Assembly: GCA_963760795.1 (NCBI GenBank)
Contig: CAVXEP010000007.1
Coordinates: forward strand, 104,146 to 168,145
Origin: an uncultured delta proteobacterium
Lineage (GTDB): Bacteria > Desulfobacterota > Binatia > UBA9968
Reading direction: 5' to 3'
Length of the DNA: 64,000 nucleotides
The position numbers and the translations under genes are program-made. The notes beneath the pieces are model-generated. The model worked only from the letters and a program-made list of their open reading frames with translations, searched no databases and had not been told where the DNA came from. Shown here piece by piece: positions 31,688 through 42,522 of this stretch. Every line of letters begins with the position of its first letter. The first letter of the stretch is position 1.

Positions 31688-32686
31688 ATGAATTTGCGTT
31701 ATCGCCAAGTTGTTTTGTTCTCGCTTATCTGTTTTGTCGTCGGATTTTCTTCGGATTCGATTTCCGCTCAAGAACTGAAGCGGCTTCGCTACGGCACTAC
31801 GATTAGCACGGTCAATCTACCCGTCTGGGTTGCCAAGGAGAGCCGCCTGTTTGCCAAGCACGGGCTCGACCCGGAAGTGATCATGATTCAGGCCGGCGCT
31901 TTGACGACGCTGGCGATTATCAGCGGCGAGTTACAATTCTCCGGCGCCGGCGCTGCTTCGGTTTTGGCGGCGCGGATTAAAGGCGGCGATATTACTCTCG
32001 TCGCATGTCCGGCCGATTCCGATCTCGTCTATTTGATGGCGCGGCCTGAGATAAAGAGCGCCGCCGAGCTTAAAGGTAAATCAAGCGCGGTGACTCGCCT
32101 GGGCTCGACGACGCACTTCTATTTGCGCGCCGCTCTCAAATACGCCGGCCTTAATCCGGAGAAGGATGTGACGATTCTCCAATTGGGAACGGAATACGCG
32201 GCGGCGTTGGAAACCGGCAGAATCGCCGCCGCGGCGTTGCCGTTCGATCTTGCCTTGCCTTACCTGCAAAGAGGCTGGCCGATTCTGTTGGATTTGTCCA
32301 AGACCGATTTCGTCTATCCGGCCTCCTGCGTGGTGAGCAGCCGGGCCTTCGTGAAGGACAATGCCGATACCGTGGAACGTTTTCTCAAAGCGTATATAGA
32401 AGCGATCCATCTGATGAAAAAAGATCACGGCGCCGGCGAAAGGGCCTACAACAAGTGGCTCAAACCGAAAGAGCCGCTGCTCGCCAAACGGGCGGTGGAA
32501 GCCTACGCGAACTTGTTCAAGCCGATTCCGCGGGTCACGGATCGGGGCATTCAAGCGGTCTTGGAGGATCTCGCGTTATCGACTGCGGTGCCGAAGGAGC
32601 TCATCGACCGTCCGGACTATTTTCGCGACAATGGGCCGTTGGAAAAATTGGTCGCCAGCGGCTGGATCGAACAACTCAGGAAATAG
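31688..32686 (+). CDS. ABC substrate-binding protein, NitT/TauT family
   Basis: Signal peptide; LFAKHGLD, ELKGK..VTRLGS, GLNPEKDV. Confidence 0.88.
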   Translation: MNLRYRQVVLFSLICFVVGFSSDSISAQELKRLRYGTTISTVNLPVWVAKESRLFAKHGLDPEVIMIQAGALTTLAIISGELQFSGAGAASVLAARIKGGDITLVACPADSDLVYLMARPEIKSAAELKGKSSAVTRLGSTTHFYLRAALKYAGLNPEKDVTILQLGTEYAAALETGRIAAAALPFDLALPYLQRGWPILLDLSKTDFVYPASCVVSSRAFVKDNADTVERFLKAYIEAIHLMKKDHGAGERAYNKWLKPKEPLLAKRAVEAYANLFKPIPRVTDRGIQAVLEDLALSTAVPKELIDRPDYFRDNGPLEKLVASGWIEQLRK

Positions 32687-32700
32687 CGCGGTAGATCAAT

Positions 32701-32928
32701 TCACCACGAAGTGTCCATGAGCTAACGCTCGCAACAGAAATGAAATCGGATGGAATTCCTCGCAAGCGGTCGCTAACGCGTCATTCCGCGCACGCGGAAT
32801 CCAGGATGGTCTGCGCCATTAGCCTGGATACCCGCTTTCGCGGGTACGACGGAACCAGGTACTCTTCATTCCGGAGACCTTGCCCTACATGCATTTCTCA
32901 AGGAGGTCATCAAGGACAGTAAACTTCG
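32701..32928. repeat. Composite nested repeat (degenerate twin of 56253-56532)
   Basis: caccacgaag, then an insert containing cgtcattccgcg..ctggatacccgctttcgcggg and ending aaggag. Confidence 0.75.
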
Positions 32929-32992
32929 CTGGCGTCTTGCGCGCGATAAAATTTCTTGACGCCGTTTTGTTGAACAATTCAAGAGCAAGGTT

Positions 32993-33907
32993 CTACGCCC
33001 GACGAGAAACTAGCCGACGCAGGCGGCTCCAGGCTTCGACCAACCCGCCGGGGAGAAACAATACGACCAGCATGAAAAGAATGCCGAAGATTATCAAATG
33101 GAATTCTACCAGTTTTACCGCCAGTAATTCTTTTAAGATGACGTAAAAGAGCGCGCCGAGCACTGGGCCATGGACGGTGCCGACGCCGCCGATGTAGGAC
33201 ATCAGCACGGCGTCGAAAGTCCAGGCTGGAGAAAAAGTGTGCTGCGGGTAGTAACTGACGTGATAATAGGCGAAGGCGCCGCCGGCTAGTCCGGCGAGCG
33301 CCGTGGAGAGCGCCAACGCGAGAAGCTTGTGGCGCAGCGCGCTCACGCCCGTAGCTTCCGCCGCGGCTTCATCCTCGCGCACGGCGCGGATACCGAGGCC
33401 GAGGCGCGAGGGGACCAACCATGCAACCACTCCTACACTCACCATCGCCAAGGTTAAAGTCAGATAATAACGCGGCAAAATATTATACGATGTAAGTTCC
33501 GCCGCGGGGATGGTGGAAATCTGCGGCAATAAATTCCCGATCGTGATGCGCAGTATCTCGGCCAATCCCAACGTGCCGATGGCGAAATAGGCGCCGCGCA
33601 GACGGAATGCCGGAACGCCGATGATCAAGCCAAATAACATGGCCACGAGCGCGCCGGGAAAAAGCGCCAAGAGTAGCGGCGTCCCGCCGACCCAAAGCGT
33701 GCGCGTGACCAGGGCGCCGAGTCCGAAAAACGCCGCGTGGCCGAGATTGATCTGGCCGGCGTAGCCGCCGAGCAGATTCCAGCTCTGCGCCAGGACGACG
33801 GCGAGAAATATTTGCACGCCGAGATTGAGCAGATCGCTGCGTATTGTAACAAGCGGCAGCGCGGCGAACGCCGCGGCGAGCAGGAGTCCCGCGCCAAGCA
33901 ATTTCAC
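32993..33907 (-). CDS. livM: Branched-chain amino acid-type ABC permease
   Basis: WNLLGGYAGQINLGHAAFFG, RLRGAYFAI, AVREDEAAA. Confidence 0.9.
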   Translation of the reverse strand: MKLLGAGLLLAAAFAALPLVTIRSDLLNLGVQIFLAVVLAQSWNLLGGYAGQINLGHAAFFGLGALVTRTLWVGGTPLLLALFPGALVAMLFGLIIGVPAFRLRGAYFAIGTLGLAEILRITIGNLLPQISTIPAAELTSYNILPRYYLTLTLAMVSVGVVAWLVPSRLGLGIRAVREDEAAAEATGVSALRHKLLALALSTALAGLAGGAFAYYHVSYYPQHTFSPAWTFDAVLMSYIGGVGTVHGPVLGALFYVILKELLAVKLVEFHLIIFGILFMLVVLFLPGGLVEAWSRLRRLVSRRA

Positions 33908-34776
33908 GCGCGCGCTCCGAAAAGCCCCTGGGGCCGCACCACTAACACGATGAGGAAAAGAATCAGTCCGACGACTTCGCGGTACGGACCGCCGAGAAAC
34001 ACCACGCTCATCGCTTCAGCGAGGCCGAGGATGATGCCGCCGGCGAAGCTGCCGAAGAGCGAGCCGAGGCCGGCGAGAACGATGACGATGAGCGCCTTGA
34101 GAGTCCATTCCATGCCGATGGATGGACTGATCGAATAAGAAATGCTGACGAGTCCTCCGGCGATTCCGGCGAGCGCGGTGCCGAGGGCGAAGGCGAGCAG
34201 GTAGGTTTTCCCGACCGGGATTCCCATCAGAGCCGCAGCTTCCCAATCTTCGGCGGTGGCGCGAATCGCGCGGCCCCAACGCGCCTTGGCGAGAAACAGA
34301 TGGAGCGCGGTGAGAATCGCGAACGCGAACAAGAGGCTGCTCAAGCGCAACCACGGAATTGCCAAATTGCCTAGCCTTAACACCGCGCCGGCGTAGGCCG
34401 TTGTCACCGCGCGCTCATCCGCAGTCCATAGTCGAATAGCGAGGGCGTGCAAAACCAGCGTGAGACCGAAACCGATGAGCAGCGAATTTTTGATGCGCGT
34501 TTCTTCGTGGGCTTTGACGACGAATTGAAACAGCGCCCAATAGAGCAGCATTCCAAGCACGAACATCGCCGGGGCGACAGCGAGCAGCGAGACAAACGGA
34601 TCGATCCGCCAAAGTGTGAACAGCCAAAAAGTGCCGTAGCCGCCGAGCATGAGCAGCTCGCCGTGGGCCACGTTCAAGACGCGCAGCACGCCGAACGTCA
34701 GCGAAAGACCGGCGGCCGCCAAACCGTAAAGACCGCCGACGAGAAGGCCGAGAATGAGTTGTTGGGCGAGAATCAT
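33904..34776 (-). CDS. livH: Branched-chain amino acid-type ABC permease
   Basis: GLSLTFGVLRVLNVAHG, GRAIRA, LAGLGS. Confidence 0.9.
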   Translation of the reverse strand: MILAQQLILGLLVGGLYGLAAAGLSLTFGVLRVLNVAHGELLMLGGYGTFWLFTLWRIDPFVSLLAVAPAMFVLGMLLYWALFQFVVKAHEETRIKNSLLIGFGLTLVLHALAIRLWTADERAVTTAYAGAVLRLGNLAIPWLRLSSLLFAFAILTALHLFLAKARWGRAIRATAEDWEAAALMGIPVGKTYLLAFALGTALAGIAGGLVSISYSISPSIGMEWTLKALIVIVLAGLGSLFGSFAGGIILGLAEAMSVVFLGGPYREVVGLILFLIVLVVRPQGLFGARA

Positions 34777-34851
34777 TGTTCAACATGGCAAGGCGTAAAT
34801 GGTAAGTGGTGAGGTGTTGGCTTAACCCCTGACGCCTTACCCCTTACGTCT

Positions 34852-35574
34852 TCATCCACCTCCCCGCGCCAGCGGCCCGAGATAAGCGGCTTGGATGTGC
34901 TCGTCGGCGAGCAGTTTTTTACCATCGCCCTCGCCGACGATTCTGCCGCCTTCGAGTATGTAGGCACGTTGGACCAAGGCCAGGACGGCGTGGACGTTTT
35001 GCTCGACGATCAACAGGCTCATGCCGTCGCGATGCAGCTCGGCGAGAATGGCAAAGATCGACTCGACGATTTTCGGCGCCAGGCCGAGGGACGGCTCGTC
35101 GAGCAGGAGCAGGCGAGGAAGCCCCATCAACGCGCGGCCGAGAGCGAGCATCTGCTGCTCGCCGCCGGATAGTAATCCAGCCCTTTGGCGCTGGCGCTCG
35201 AAAAGGCGCGGGAAGAGAGTGAAGACGCGCTCCATTTGAGCGTGTTTTTCTTTGTGCGCGCGTTCGGTGAAGGCGCCGAGCTCGAGATTTTCACGCACGG
35301 TCATCGCGGCGAAGAGCCTGCGCCCCTCCGGGACCAGCGCAATGCCGTGTTCGACGATCCGTTGCGGCGATGCCGCGCTGATTTTTTCATCTTGCCATCG
35401 AATCGCGCCCGCGCGCGGCGCGAGCAGCCCGGAAATAGACTTGAGCAGTGTCGACTTGCCGGCGCCGTTGGGGCCGACCAGGGCGACCATTTCGCCGGGG
35501 CGAATGATCAAGTCGACGCCGTGCAGGGCCAGAAGCGGGCCGTAGGCGACTTGGAGATTTGTTATTTCGAGCAT
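34852..35574 (-). CDS. livF: Branched-chain amino acid-type ABC ATPase
   Basis: GPNGAGKS, VPEGR, LSGGEQQM, DEPSLGLAP. Confidence 0.92.
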   Translation of the reverse strand: MLEITNLQVAYGPLLALHGVDLIIRPGEMVALVGPNGAGKSTLLKSISGLLAPRAGAIRWQDEKISAASPQRIVEHGIALVPEGRRLFAAMTVRENLELGAFTERAHKEKHAQMERVFTLFPRLFERQRQRAGLLSGGEQQMLALGRALMGLPRLLLLDEPSLGLAPKIVESIFAILAELHRDGMSLLIVEQNVHAVLALVQRAYILEGGRIVGEGDGKKLLADEHIQAAYLGPLARGGG

Positions 35575-35591
35575 TCTATTATTGACTGACG

Positions 35592-35733
35592 CGTTCCAAG
35601 CCGTTCAAAACGTTCAACGCTGCGCTCCATTGCAATCCCCAAGCGTCTTTCCTCTCCCGCGACGCAAGGGATTGGATGAAGGAGCGAGCTTGAACGACTT
35701 GAACGGCTTGAAACCATTTGAACGACTTGAACT
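35592..35733. repeat. GTTCAA/TTGAAC-type inverted repeat with an internal insert
   Basis: gttccaagccgttcaaaacgttcaacgctgcgctcc ... ttgaacgacttgaacggcttgaa; family members near 52, 22598, 25477 and 60968. Confidence 0.7.
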
Positions 35734-35736
35734 CAT

Positions 35737-36459
35737 TCAGTTCGTTTCTCCGAGATAGACTTCGATCACGTGCGGATCTTTTGCCACGCTTGCCGGCGCG
35801 CCTTCGGCGATTTTCTCGCCGGCGCTGAGCACGACGATACGATGCGAGATATCGAGTAGCGCCCAGACGATATGTTCCACCAGGATGACGGTCAGACCGC
35901 CGCGCTGCAATTGTCGAATGAGGTTTATCGCCGCCGAGGTTTCAGTGGGCGTCAATCCTGCCATGAACTCGTCGAGCAATAAAAGTTTCGGCGCTGTCGC
36001 CAGGGCGCGCGCCAATTCGAGGCGCTTTCGATCCATCACCGTGAACGTATTGGCAAGCCGATTCGACTGGCCGGCCAAGCCGACGGAATCCAAAAGTTCG
36101 CCGGCCTTGTCGCGCGCCTTGGATCCCGTTAGCCGATCTCTGCCGTAGCCGAGACCGACGAGAACATTCTCCTCGGCGGTGAAGCCGAGGAATGGACGCA
36201 CGAGCTGAAAAGTTCGCGCCAGGCCGCGATGACAAAGCTGATGGGGCGGCAGTTTATTGGTACGCTCGTCCTGAAAGAAAATGTCCCCACTATCCGGATA
36301 AAAAACACCGCTGACGAGATTGAACAGCGTCGTTTTTCCCGATCCGTTCGGACCCATGATGCCGAGGATCTCGCCCTCTTCAACGGTCAGACTGACATCT
36401 TTGACCGCAGCGACGCCGCCGAAGGTCTTGGTAGCTTTGCTTACAGTCAGCAGGGGCAT
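35737..36459 (-). CDS. livG: Branched-chain amino acid-type ABC ATPase
   Basis: FGGVAAV, GPNGSGKT, ARTFQ, LELARALA, EVYLG. Confidence 0.92.
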   Translation of the reverse strand: MPLLTVSKATKTFGGVAAVKDVSLTVEEGEILGIMGPNGSGKTTLFNLVSGVFYPDSGDIFFQDERTNKLPPHQLCHRGLARTFQLVRPFLGFTAEENVLVGLGYGRDRLTGSKARDKAGELLDSVGLAGQSNRLANTFTVMDRKRLELARALATAPKLLLLDEFMAGLTPTETSAAINLIRQLQRGGLTVILVEHIVWALLDISHRIVVLSAGEKIAEGAPASVAKDPHVIEVYLGETN

Positions 36460-36524
36460 TGTTGAATTGGCAAGAAGGGATTACGAGCGTAAGTGAGCTT
36501 CGACTGTGGTGGCAAGAATGTGAC

Positions 36525-37718
36525 TTAGCGCTGGTTGAAAGGCAGCGCCGGATAAGCAAAGGCTGCGGTGGCGTTTTCTTTGGGCCAAATTAGATGTTGT
36601 TTGCCCTTTTGCCACTGAATAAATACGCCGGAAATCTCTGCTGTTCCATCCGCGCGGAAGCGCAAGGGGCCCGACACCGTCATCATATTCGTACTCGCTA
36701 GTGCTTGGCGAAGCGCGTCGCGGTCCACCGCCTTGGCTCTCGTCAGCGCATCGGCAAGGATCTGGACAACGGCGTAACCGGGACCTACGACGGGGTCGGC
36801 CAGCCGGTTGTGTTTGCGCATGTAAGTATCGTTCAGCTCCTTGACCTGCGGATACTTGAGGGCGGCGTGCCAACCCGTGCCCAATATCGCGTAGTCACCC
36901 ACGGCGCCAAGATTGTTCGTCCAAGACGGCGAGTCTGACCCGCGCAGCAACACCAGAAACTTCGGCGTAAAATCCAGCTCTTTCATTTGTTTGACCAGCG
37001 TCATGCCGTCGGGCGGCGATGGCACGCCCAAGACCGACTCAGCGCCTGCTGATCTGGCCAGTAAGATCATGTTCGAGAAATCTTTGGCACCTGGCGCATA
37101 TTCTCCCTTCACGACGACTTCATACCCGGCTTCCTTGCCGAACGATTCCCAGTAACCGCCGATTTCTTGTCCCCAATCGGTTTTCTCCAGAAACAAAGCT
37201 ACCTTCTTAGGACGTTGATTCTCCGCCAGTGAGCCATTGAGAAGACGATAGGTTTCTCTGGCGATTTGCGGCGACTTCCAAAAAGGCGAGAAGAGATAGC
37301 GATAACCCTGCTTGTGAATGCTCTCCAGGGCAAATCCCACACCCAGGTAAGGAATCCGATTCTTCTCAGCGACAGTGGCGCCCGCGGCATGAAGATCAGA
37401 GCCGACTCCTCCCAGGTAAGCGACCACGCCCTGAGCGGCGTGAGTCTCCAATCGCGCGACGGTTTTAGTTGCATCGGATTCGTCATCGAGCACGATCAAC
37501 TCCAAAAGTAAGCGCCGGTTCCCCACTTGGACGCCGCCGCCGGCGTTGATTTTCTCCACGGCAATGTCGTATCCGTGTTTGAGTTCATTGCCGATGGCGG
37601 CGTAGCGACCGGTGAGAGGCGTTACGACGCCGACCTTAATGGTTTGTCCCATTGCCGCAACGCCAAAGCCGAGCCATGCGATCTGCATTGCGAAGAAAGC
37701 CGAAACTATCGGTTTCAT
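36525..37718 (-). CDS. Liv-type (Peripla_BP_6) amino acid ABC substrate-binding protein
   Basis: IKVGVVTPLTGRYA, DDESD, YLGG.GSDLH; paralog of the next gene. Confidence 0.88.
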   Translation of the reverse strand: MKPIVSAFFAMQIAWLGFGVAAMGQTIKVGVVTPLTGRYAAIGNELKHGYDIAVEKINAGGGVQVGNRRLLLELIVLDDESDATKTVARLETHAAQGVVAYLGGVGSDLHAAGATVAEKNRIPYLGVGFALESIHKQGYRYLFSPFWKSPQIARETYRLLNGSLAENQRPKKVALFLEKTDWGQEIGGYWESFGKEAGYEVVVKGEYAPGAKDFSNMILLARSAGAESVLGVPSPPDGMTLVKQMKELDFTPKFLVLLRGSDSPSWTNNLGAVGDYAILGTGWHAALKYPQVKELNDTYMRKHNRLADPVVGPGYAVVQILADALTRAKAVDRDALRQALASTNMMTVSGPLRFRADGTAEISGVFIQWQKGKQHLIWPKENATAAFAYPALPFNQR

Positions 37719-37802
37719 AATCGCCTCACGAATCAATTGAACATGCCTTTCATATCTGCACGCGCATATGCAGCGGGAGCGCAGGATTTGGCCTCATGGC
37801 GG

Positions 37803-38996
37803 TTAGCGTTGGCTGAACTCCGGCGCGGGATAGCCGAACGGCGCGGTGGCAAACTCCTTGGGCCAGACCAACTCTTGTTTGCCCTTGAGCCATTGCAGGA
37901 CAAAGACTTTGACCTCGCCGGTGCCATCGGAGCGGAATTGAACCGGTCCGGCTACCGTGGTCATTTTTGTCGCTGCGATGGCGTCGCGAAGCTTGTCGCG
38001 GTCCAGGGTTTTCGCGCGCGCGACCGCATCGGCAAGAATCTGCAAGCAAGCGTAGGATGGCCCCACAAGCGGATCGGACGGGCGGTTGAAAAGTTTTTGG
38101 TGCGCTTCGTTCAGCTCGGCGACTTTGGGGTATTTGGCGGCGAAGTGCCAGCCGGGCGAAAAGAGCACATAATCGCCGTCCTTGTTAAGGTTTTGCGACC
38201 AGACCGGCGGGTCCGCGGCGCGAATGAAAAGATTGACCTTGGGGTTGAAATCCAGTTCCTTCATCTGTTTGACGATGGTCATGCCGTCCGGCGGCGATGG
38301 TAGCGCGAGGAGGGCTTCGGCGCCCGCCGATTTGGCTTTCAAAATCAAATCGGAAAAATCTTTCGACCCCGGCGCGTATTCGCCACTCGCGGCGATCTGA
38401 TAGCCATGCTTCTTGGCCGCGCTTTCCCAGCCCGAGGCCATTTCCTTTCCCCAGTCCGTCCGTTCGAGAAAGAGCGCCACTTTGCGCGGACGCTGCGCGG
38501 CGGGAATCAGCGCATCGAGGAAAACGAAGGTCTCGTTTGTCAGGTCCGGCGATTTCGGAAAAGGCGAGAAGAGATAGCGCAAGCCCTGTTTGTGAATGCC
38601 GTGAAGCGCAAAGGCGATGCCGAGGTAAGGAATCTTGTTCTTATCGCCGATGGAAGCCGCCGCCGCGTGCAGATCCGAGCCTGCTCCACCCAAATACGCT
38701 ACGACACCCTGGGACGCGAGGGTCTCCATGCGCGCGACGGTTTTGGTCGGATCCGACTCATCGTCCAACATGGTCATTTCGATCTGCAGCTTCTTGCCGC
38801 CTACCGTCACGCCGCCCGCGGCGTTGATTTGCTGCACGGCGATCTCGTAGCCGGTCTTAACCTGACCGCCAAGCGCGGCGTATCTCCCGGTGAGCGGCAC
38901 CACCGCGCCGACTTTTATGGTTTGGGCGAGGCTATCGAAGGAGCTGGTAAAAAGCGCGACCGCTATGGCAAGCGAAATGAGAATCATCCGTCTCAT
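37803..38996 (-). CDS. Liv-type amino acid ABC substrate-binding protein
   Basis: IKVGAVVPLTGRYA, DDESD; start MRRMIL after GGAGG. Confidence 0.88.
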   Translation of the reverse strand: MRRMILISLAIAVALFTSSFDSLAQTIKVGAVVPLTGRYAALGGQVKTGYEIAVQQINAAGGVTVGGKKLQIEMTMLDDESDPTKTVARMETLASQGVVAYLGGAGSDLHAAAASIGDKNKIPYLGIAFALHGIHKQGLRYLFSPFPKSPDLTNETFVFLDALIPAAQRPRKVALFLERTDWGKEMASGWESAAKKHGYQIAASGEYAPGSKDFSDLILKAKSAGAEALLALPSPPDGMTIVKQMKELDFNPKVNLFIRAADPPVWSQNLNKDGDYVLFSPGWHFAAKYPKVAELNEAHQKLFNRPSDPLVGPSYACLQILADAVARAKTLDRDKLRDAIAATKMTTVAGPVQFRSDGTGEVKVFVLQWLKGKQELVWPKEFATAPFGYPAPEFSQR

Positions 38997-39064
38997 GCTG
39001 TCCTCCCAAGATTTGGCTTTCCCGCCGCGACGATAGATAGCACTGTCGGAGCGGCGCGTCAAAG

Positions 39065-40170
39065 TTAAACCGTGCCCCAAACTTTAACGGCGGTATCGAC
39101 TACCAACTTGAGCTTTTGCCACTGCTGCTCTTCCGTCAACAGATTGCCCTCCATCGTCGAGGCGAAGCCGCATTGCGGACTGAGCGCGAGATTCTCCAAC
39201 GGCACGTACTTGGCGGCTTGGTCGATGCGCCTGGCGAGTTGGTCCGCCGACTCCATGGCCGCCAGCTTGCTGCTGACCAGGCCGAGCACCACGCTCTTGC
39301 CGCGCGGCATGAAGCGCAGCGGTTCGAATGTCCCGGCGCGCTCGGACTCGTACTCGAGCAGAAACGTGTCGACCTGCAACTGGCCGAACAGTTTCTCGGC
39401 GATGGCGTCGTAGCCGCCCTCGGCGTACCACTGGCTGCGGTTGTTGCCGCGGCACAGATGAATCGCCAAGATCACGCCCGTCGCGCTGCGCTCCCTCCAG
39501 GCAAGCGTTGTCGGCGCGAATCGCTTCGTCGAGCGCCTGATCGGGATCGAGCCCCATTTCATTTTTCACGTAGCTGCGCCACTTCGGATCGATGTAGTAG
39601 CTGTAGCGCGGCGCGTCGATTTGGATGTAGCGCGCGCCTTCGGTCGACAAGCGCGTGAATCTCCGCCTTGATCACCGGCACGATGTCCCACAGAAAAGCG
39701 GAATGGTTGGGATAGACCTTGTCGCTGATGCCTTTCTTATAATAGATCGCGGGAAACTGATTGGCGGTGGGCAGCGTGACTTTGATGTCGCCAGGCTGCT
39801 GCTGCTTCAAGAAGGCGAACTCATGGTCGGTCAGGCGCCGGGTTTGTTTGATCTTGCCGACAACCGTGCCGGGCACCATCGAGGGACGGGACGATGCGCC
39901 GGCTGCCGTTTGCCAAGTGCGCGGCACCGCCACCCCTTCGTCGATTCCTTCCACGGCTTCGTTGAAATCGCTCATGAAGTTGCCGCGGCGCAGCTCGCCG
40001 TCGGTAAAGATCTTGAAGCCGAGCTCCTTCTGCTTCTCGATCACTCGCAGGATGTGCTGGTCTTCAAGCGCGCGCAGCTCCGTGCCGCCGACATTCGCGC
40101 TGCGTGCCTGCAATAGCTCCGCGGGCCGAAGCAAACTGCCGATGTGATCGGCGCGATACTTGGTTGCCAT
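39065..40170 (-). CDS. Cobalamin-independent methionine synthase II family protein, copy 2 (frameshifts ~39480 and ~39655)
   Basis: Near-identical to 7726-8828; HLCRGN, PQCGFAS. Confidence 0.9.
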
Positions 40171-40187
40171 AATACCTCCTTAGGAAT

Positions 40188-40292
40188 GGAGTATGGAGTA
40201 TTGGGAGTTCGAACTCGGAGCTCGCTCCGACGTACTCCATTACTCCAATACTCCATCTAAATCTCCACCACTGCCATACTCCATCACTCCAA
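40188..40292. repeat. TGGAGTA/TACTCCA short-unit inverted repeat
   Basis: ggagtatggagtattggg ... tactccattactccaatactcc; same family at 50169-50263. Confidence 0.7.
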
Positions 40293-40304
40293 TTTTCATC
40301 CACT

Positions 40305-41434
40305 CTATTCCGCCAAGAGTTTTTTCAACCTGGCGATCACCTCTGGCGGCTGGGCGATGACCTCTTTCGCCAGCGCGCTAAGCGCTTCGCCGCCCACCGC
40401 TTCCACCGGCCAGCATGCGCTTCTTCGCCTCGGCGAGCAGTTCGGGATCTTTCATTGTGTTGCTCCAAGCGTCGCGCAGGGTTTTCAATCGGTCCGCCGG
40501 CATAGCCGGCGGCGCGGTCCAGGGCCGGCCAAATTCATTGGGCGCCATCACCAGCGTGGCGAGGCGGCGGCCGGCATCGTTAGTTTTGTAGCGATCCATC
40601 AGGTCGTAGAACGTGGGTGTTTCCGGCAGCAGAGGATCTCGTTTTTTGCCGGTCTGCACGAACGGACGCGTGAATCCTCTTTTGAACCAGCTGATGTGCG
40701 GTTCGCGGCCAAAAAACGCCGCGATGGTGATCAGCCGGCACTGCAACTCGCCGCGTTCGAGCGCCACGTCAATGTCCGCCGCGCCTTGATAACCGGTGAT
40801 GATGGTAAATTTTACCGCGAAGATTTCCTCGATGAGCTTGGGCACATGATAAGTCGTCGAGCCGGTGCCCGTGGAGCCGCATTTGGGAGGCTCGGTCGCC
40901 TTGCGCAGGTCGTCGATCGTCTTGTACGGGCTATCGCCGCGGAAAAAAAACACCGCCTCGGTTTGTTCCGGCGTGCCGAGCCAGTTGAATTTCGCCCAAT
41001 CGAACTGCACTTCCTTGCGGCCGATCAGCTGATCCATGTAGATGCCCGGATTGAGCGAACCGATGGTGAGCCCATCGGGCTTGGCGATATTATAAACATG
41101 ATTCGCTGCGATCACCGATCCCGCGCCCGGCATGTTTTGCACCATGACGCTGGGATTGCCGGGGATATGTTTGCCCAGATAGGTCGCGATGTGACGCGTC
41201 CAAAGATCGTACAGATCACCCGGCTGGCCGCCGCGGATGACGCGCACGGTTTTGCCTTGGAAAAAGTTCGATTGGGCGTGGGCCATCGCCCCACACACCG
41301 CGAGTGCGACAGCGATAGTGATAATCCCACCAATTTTGGTCCGCGGGACCGCTTTTGGATCTGCGGGACCGCTTTTGGATTTTGGATTGTCGGATCGAAA
41401 ACCAAGCAACATCGTAAGAAGTATTTTGTGTCAT
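40305..41434 (-). CDS. Bug/TctC-family substrate-binding protein (frameshifts near both ends)
   Basis: FFQGKTV, QNMPGAG, PPKCGSTG, GELQCR; C-terminus QPPEVIARLKKLLAE in another frame; start uncertain. Confidence 0.82.
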
Positions 41435-41468
41435 GTCTTTTCCCCAATCCAAAATCCAAAATCCAAAA

Positions 41469-42467
41469 TTATCTTATGACCCGGTCCGCCCGCACCAGCA
41501 CGTTGGGCGGAATCGTCAGGCCGATCTGCTTCGCCGCTTTCAGATTGATGATGAACTCGAACTTCATCGGCTGCTCGACGGGAAGATCGGCGGGCTTCGC
41601 GCCTTTCAAAATCTTGTCCACATAGGTGGCGGCGCGGCGGTAGAGGTCGTTGAGACTCACGCCGTAGCTCATAAGCCCACCGTCTTCCACAAAGTCTGTC
41701 AGCGGAGTACATCGCCGGGAGCCGGTTCTTTACCGCGAGATCGGCAATCTGTTTTCGCTGAAAGAGTGAAGACGGCGCCTCGCGCAGCACCAGGACTGCC
41801 TCAGCACGCCCCTTGCTTGCGGCTCGGAATACAGTCTCAATATCCTTGGGACCTAGTACGTCTAGATATTGAAGCTTCACTCCGAGCGCCCCGGCGGCGA
41901 GTTCCGTCTCTTTAGCGCTTGTGCGTTGCCCGGCATGGTTGAAGTCCCGAAGACGGCCACGCGGGAGAGCTTAGGAACGATCTCTTTCAAAAGCTCCAGC
42001 CGTTTGCCGCTTAGCTCCGGCGCAAGGGTTGACAATCCAGTGATGTTTCCACCAGGTCGCGCAAGGCTGGCGACGATCCCGGTTCCAACAGGATCGCTAT
42101 CCTGCGCCATGACAATGGGAATCGTAATAGTTGCTTCCTTAGCAGCCCGGGTCGCTGACCGGACCGCCTGTGACGATGACGTCGACTTTGAGACGCACTA
42201 ACTCGGCGGCAAGCGCGGGGAGACGATCGAGTTTTCCCTCTGCATATCGATACTCAATGACAATGTTTTTCCCCTCCACGTACCCAAGCTCGCGCAGGCC
42301 CTGGCGGAATGCCTCGATGCGGTCCGAGACAACGGAAGGGGAGGCACATCGTTAGGAATCCTATCCGGGGGATTTTCGTTGGCTGCTGCGCCTGCGCGGT
42401 CAAGGCTAAGCGCGAAGAGCAAAGCGCAAAGTGAAAGACGCTTGATGTTATTTCTCAAATGTCTCAT
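41469..42467 (-). CDS. ABC_sub_bind (PF04392-type) substrate-binding protein, tandem copy A, frameshifted
   Basis: [45 protein letters not shown]. Confidence 0.8.
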
Positions 42468-42522
42468 TTGTGTTTTCTTGTTTCTTGCGCATTGCTCTCT
42501 GCCCTATGCGCTTGGCGTTCTA

